Below are positions 48,474-52,703 of a DNA stretch of 52,703 nucleotides, piece by piece. How positions within the stretch are numbered: position 1 is the first letter of the stretch; the number at the start of each line of letters is the position of its first letter. Source of the stretch: Fonticula alba ATCC 38817 (taxonomy: Eukaryota; Protista; Nucleariida); NCBI GenBank assembly GCA_000388065.2, contig KB932201.1; one strand, 5' to 3'. Below the pieces are notes generated by a model. That model did no database searches. It worked only from the letters and a program-made list of their open reading frames with translations, and had not been told where the DNA came from. A program made the translations under genes and the position numbers.

Positions 48474-50827
48474 ATGTCCCCCCTGCTTGACATGCTCCAG
48501 ACATCAGCCACCATTGGGGCAGAGGCCGCCCTCCGTGGTGTGTCCACTTCCACCGACAGCGGCCGGCCTGATGACTCGCTGGCGCGGGGCTCCGTGCTGG
48601 AGGACCGGTCGACCGGCCTACGCAAGCGGCCTCCGACCGACGCGCGCTCTGCCCCCGCCCTGCCGGTGGCCGGCGACCTGAGCGATGATGACGCCCCGGC
48701 ATCGGGCCATGACCATGGCCATGGTCCCGCCGGCGGTGATCACGACGACGACCTGGCGCACGCCTCCACGGCGCCGGTGTCCTGCGACAATTCCGACAGC
48801 GAGATCTCCCCCATTGAGGGGGGGCCCTTTTTCCAAAATGACACGGCCGCCACCGCGGCCGCCCGACTGGCCTCTCGGCGGCGCAACTCCCTGGCCAGCC
48901 TGGCCCCGGGGTTGGTGCCCGTGATGCCGATTCTCACCGGCGCCCGGGCGCCGCTGTGCTGCCCGCCCGATGAGGACCCGGACGCGGCTCGGCACCACCA
49001 TGCCGACCGGCCGCGCCATCGGTTCCCCCTGCTGGCCATCGACGAGTCGGATTCGGTGGATCCGCTTCCCCTGGCCGAGCAGCGCCGGGTGTTGGGCTGC
49101 TGCGATGGCAGTCCCGGCAACTCCTGCTGCGGCCCGGAGGCCGCGGCCGCGGCCCTGGCCGCCGATGAGGCCGCCGCCGATGCCGGTGTCGACGAGTACG
49201 ACTCCGATGACTTCTACAACATGGACATCGAGGAGAGCAGCTCCTCCCCTGCCAAGGGCGCGTCTGCTTGCAGCCCGATGCCGCTGCGCGTCCTGCCTGC
49301 CTCGGCGCGCTTCGACGTGTCCAAGATCCGCGGCGAGTATCGCGGTCCGCTGCTGGAGAACCACCGGATCCTCTTTGACATTGAGCAGGTTCCCGGGTAT
49401 CTGGCCTGCAATCCTTTCATCCTGACCGGCTACCGTTGGAGGTACACCTTCTCGGCCTGCCTGCGCAGCGCTTTCACCCTACACAATGAGACCATCAACA
49501 TCTGGAGCCATCTGCTGGCCGTGCCGGTGGTGTGGTACATGTTCTTCGATCGGCTGTTCAATGTCATGCTCCCGCTGCAGGCCAGTTGGGTGGATATCAG
49601 TGTGCAGGTTCTCTATTTGATTGGCATCACGGTGCGTGTCGTCTTGCCTGGCCTTTTCTCCTCCCTGTGCATCCTGCTTCTCTCTCTCTCTCTCTCTCTC
49701 TCTCCCTCTCTCTCTCTCCCTCTCTCTCTCTCTCTCCCTCTCTCTCTCTCCCTCTCTCTCTCTCCCTCTCTCGCCCTCTCATTGAGGTGGCTTCGCGCGC
49801 CCTCCTTCTGATGACCATGCTTGCGNNNNNNNNNNNNNNNNNNNNNNNNNNNNNNNNNNNNNNNNNNNNNNNNNNNNNNNNNNNNNNNNNNNNNNNNNNN
49901 NNNNNNNNNNNNNNNNNNNNNNNNNNNNNNNNNNNNNNNNNNNNNNNNNNNNNNNNNNNNNNNNNNNNNNNNNNNNNNNNNNNNNNNNNNNNNNNNNNNN
50001 NNNNNNNNNNNNNNNNNNNNNNNNNNNNNNNNNNNNNNNNNNNNNNNNNNNNNNNNNNNNNNNNNNNNNNNNNNNNNNNNNNNNNNNNNNNNNNNNNNNN
50101 NNNNNNNNNNNNNNNNNNNNNNNNNNNNNNNNNNNNNNNNNNNNNNNNNNNNNNNNNNNNNNNNNNNNNNNNNNNNNNNNNNNNNNNNNNNNNNNNNNNN
50201 NNNNNNNNNNNNNNNNNNNNNNNNNNNNNNNNNNNNNNNNNNNNNNNNNNNNNNNNNNNNNNNNNNNNNNNNNNNNNNNNNNNNNNNNNNNNNNNNNNNN
50301 NNNNNNNNNNNNNNNNNNNNNNNNNNNNNNNNNNNNNNNNNNNNNNNNNNNNNNNNNNNNNNNNNNNNNNNNNNNNNNNNNNNNNNNNNNNNNNNNNNNN
50401 NNNNNNNNNNNNNNNNNNNNNNNNNNNNNNNNNNNNNNNNNNNNNNNNNNNNNNNNNNNNNNNNNNNNNNNNNNNNNNNNNNNNNNNNNNNNNNNNNNNN
50501 NNNNNNNNNNNNNNNNNNNNNNNNNNNCACACACACACACACACACAGGATGTCTTCCTCTGGCGAATTGTCATCTTCCTCTGCCTGCTGACAATTGGCG
50601 GGGTTTTCTTCGTGAGCTACTTCCCGGAGCGCTGTTGCCCTGGGACGTTCGACATTTTCGGCGCCAGCCACCAGTTGTGGCACATCGCCATTGTCTTTGC
50701 CCTCTCATGGTGGCAGTACGTCGGCGTTGAGTGGTTCCGGTTCCATGCCCTCCGGGCAGCGGCTGCCGGCGCGGCGACCGTGGCCGTCTCTGCTGCTGCC
50801 ACGACGGGCTCCCCCTTCGTGGTTTGA
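48474..50827 (+). CDS. PAQR / adiponectin-receptor / Izh (haemolysin-III) family 7TM protein. Exon 1 48474-49631 and exon 3 50549-50827; exon 2 is displaced to 52252-52593
   Basis: PGYLACNPFILTGYR...SAFTLHNETINIWSHLL (PAQR N-motif) and FFVSYFPERCCPGTFDIFGASHQLWH (C-motif). The missing SxxxH/D segment is found in the displaced exon. The exact start codon is uncertain. Confidence 0.88.
49773..49825 (+). repeat. 53-nt exact direct duplicate of 52096-52148 (contig overlap)
   Basis: gccctctcattgaggtggcttcgcgcgccctccttctgatgaccatgcttgcg ends one contig at a gap and starts another after a 10-N gap. Confidence 0.97.
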
Positions 50828-51764
50828 AGGGGCAGGCGTTTCTCATCGTCATGGCCTCATCAACTCCGCCTCTTCTCCATCCCCCTGTCCTTGTCCATTG
50901 AGAGAGAAATCGCCCTTGTCCGCCGGCCGGTCTTGGAGTCCCGATACCCTCCCCCCCCCCTCTTGTCTTTTCCTCCACATAGAGTCTCCCCTTGCCTTCC
51001 TCTCTTTGGTTTGTGTGTTGCCACGTCAGCCTACTGCCGTGTTCAGATCCTCCCTTTTGCCTGCCACATGCATCCGTGTGCGTGTGTATACCCATCTTTC
51101 GCAATACCACCCCTGTCAGTCGGGAGATTAGAGCGCACAAATGGCGGGACGAAAAGAAGTCGCAAAGACGGGACGAGGGCAAGAAAATTATCCCGGCGGT
51201 GGGCATGAAAGCGCGCATCGTCTATAACGCTTCCTATGGTTTGCACCTCCAAACATTTCGCCCCCCTCCCTCCCCCTCTTTCTCTCTCCCTCTCTCAATT
51301 ACACATTTACACACACACACACACACACACACAACAAGCATGTTGTTCCTCACGACACCCCCCCTGTATGTTCCAGTGTGAGGGCTAGGTTGTGCTGATG
51401 TCAGCAAAAACCTGGCAGTAGGTGCAGGAAAATGAAGGGAATATTAGTGTATGAAGAGGAGGGGGGAGAGGGAGGATAGTGTACAAGATCCCTTCTTTTC
51501 TGTACATGTGCAGGACGGACAGAGGGGGGGGGGCAGGGGAGCAGAGGGAAGGCAAAGAGGAGAATGGGAGGGGAGAGACAGTTCGCAGGAGGAGAGGAAA
51601 ACGGCAAATGACGTATGCGTGTGTGTGGAGGGGGGGGGGGGGAGAGGAGGAAGGCGACTGCAGAGGGAGAGTGGCGGAGGATGCGCAGAGGGATGGACAG
51701 CGAGGAAGGACGGCCGGGAAAGCAAGGCGAGTCGGGATACCCGCCCTCCTGTAAGCATGTCGGC

Positions 51765-52036
51765 TCAATGGTCCAGGATCCGCAGGTGGCCGGTGACGAT
51801 CTTGTTCTCCAAGATCGAGCCATTGGGGATGTCGATGCGCTGGCCATGGGTGGCAACAATGATGACAGTCCCACGCAGGGTGACGCCGGAGCCAAAGTTC
51901 ACATCACCGGTGACGGTCAGATGGTCGAGCTCCAGGATGTCCGGGATTTGGGCAAAGCGCGACAGGTAGTCCGACACGCGGCCAAATTCCGAGCCAAGCT
52001 TGATCAGAGGGAGAGTGCTGACAGCGCGATTCTTGT
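51765..52036 (-). CDS. UGP2: UTP-glucose-1-phosphate uridylyltransferase (UDP-glucose pyrophosphorylase), terminal exon only
   Basis: [81 protein letters not shown] matches the conserved UGPase C-terminal beta-helix. CAG acceptor at 52039-52037; upstream exons are not in the window. Confidence 0.93.
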
Positions 52037-52251
52037 CTGTACGCACGTGTGTACGTGCGTGCGTGCGTGCGTGTGTGTGTGTGTGNNNNNNNNNNGCCCT
52101 CTCATTGAGGTGGCTTCGCGCGCCCTCCTTCTGATGACCATGCTTGCGATTGACATCTCGGGTCCCTGCTTCTCCTGTGCTTGATCTCTCCCCCCCCCCC
52201 CTCCCCCCTGCTTTCTCTGTCCCTCGCGGACTGCGGCTCTCCTGCATGCAG

Positions 52252-52593
52252 AACTGCTTCCTCAGCTCTGCCTTCTATCACCTGCTCTGCTGCCGGACCC
52301 ACACGGTCTATGAGCAGTGGCTCCGCCGGGACTTCCTCGGGATCATCCTTTGCACGATTGGTTGCTATGTACCGCCATTCTTTTACGGCTTCAACCATAT
52401 GCCGCGCGTGCAGGCCTTGGTCCTGGTGCTGACGGGCCTGCTGGCGGTGGCGTCCATTCGCATTGGTGTCGACCCGCGCGCTGCCACCGAAGAGTTTGCC
52501 AGCTACCGGACGGCCCTCATCACCGGCATGATCCTATTCGGGACATTCACCTTTAGCTTCTGGTGCTTCTTCGTGGCGATGCCGGGCGAGTTG
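52252..52593 (+). CDS. Displaced middle exon (exon 2) of the PAQR gene
   Basis: CAG|AAC TGC TTC...NCFLSSAFYHLLCCRTHTVYEQWLRRDFLGIILCTIG...GEL|GTGCGT. Phase 0 at both ends, joining LIGIT (49631) to DVFLWR (50549). Confidence 0.85.
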
Positions 52594-52703
52594 GTGCGTT
52601 TGTCTCCCCCCCCCCCCCCCCCCCGGGGAGGCATTTTCTTCGAGACAGGCCCCAACACAAGCCTCTCTCTCCCTTGTCTTTCCTCGCTCTCGATCTTCTA
52701 ACC

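Noticed and set aside
52096-52703. Genuine exon scrambling or trans-splicing of the PAQR gene
   Set aside because: The exact 53-nt overlap at gap edges and the size fit to the 702-N gap are better explained by contig misplacement.

Overview
Eukaryotic, very GC-rich, intron-containing draft-assembly DNA with 10 N-gaps, poly-C/poly-G runs and (CT)n/(CA)n-filled introns. The composition resembles the holomycotan amoeba Fonticula alba, but that identification is inference and cannot be verified here. Nearly all ORFs in the supplied track are GC-driven noise; the real genes had to be spliced by hand. Left to right: (1) a signal-peptide, WCPYC thioredoxin membrane protein (minus, 5 exons); (2) mitochondrial AAA ATPase ATAD3 (plus, 7 exons); (3) a two-exon micro-gene missed by the ORF track, with a TATA box, perfect Kozak context and a canonical intron, encoding the 27-aa peptide MQPIKKTSNANETGNDVCKDQSGCQVM, which ends in a CaaX box and resembles a fungal a-factor-type lipopeptide pheromone precursor; (4) a ~3334-aa, 12-exon hybrid histidine kinase (S/T-kinase-like, AAA, GAF, HisKA, HATPase, REC; fungal group X architecture); (5) an intronless atypical peptide deformylase (minus); (6) a 7TM-RGS fusion with an in-frame TAA in the middle of its RGS domain; (7) a PAQR/adiponectin-receptor-family gene whose middle exon sits out of order at the window end, most likely a misplaced contig; (8) the last exon of UDP-glucose pyrophosphorylase (minus). 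No tRNA, rRNA, CRISPR array or recognisable transposon is supported. Top leads: the CaaX micropeptide, the TAA-interrupted 7TM-RGS, and a 5' splice-site consensus with no A at +4 in 28 of 28 introns.
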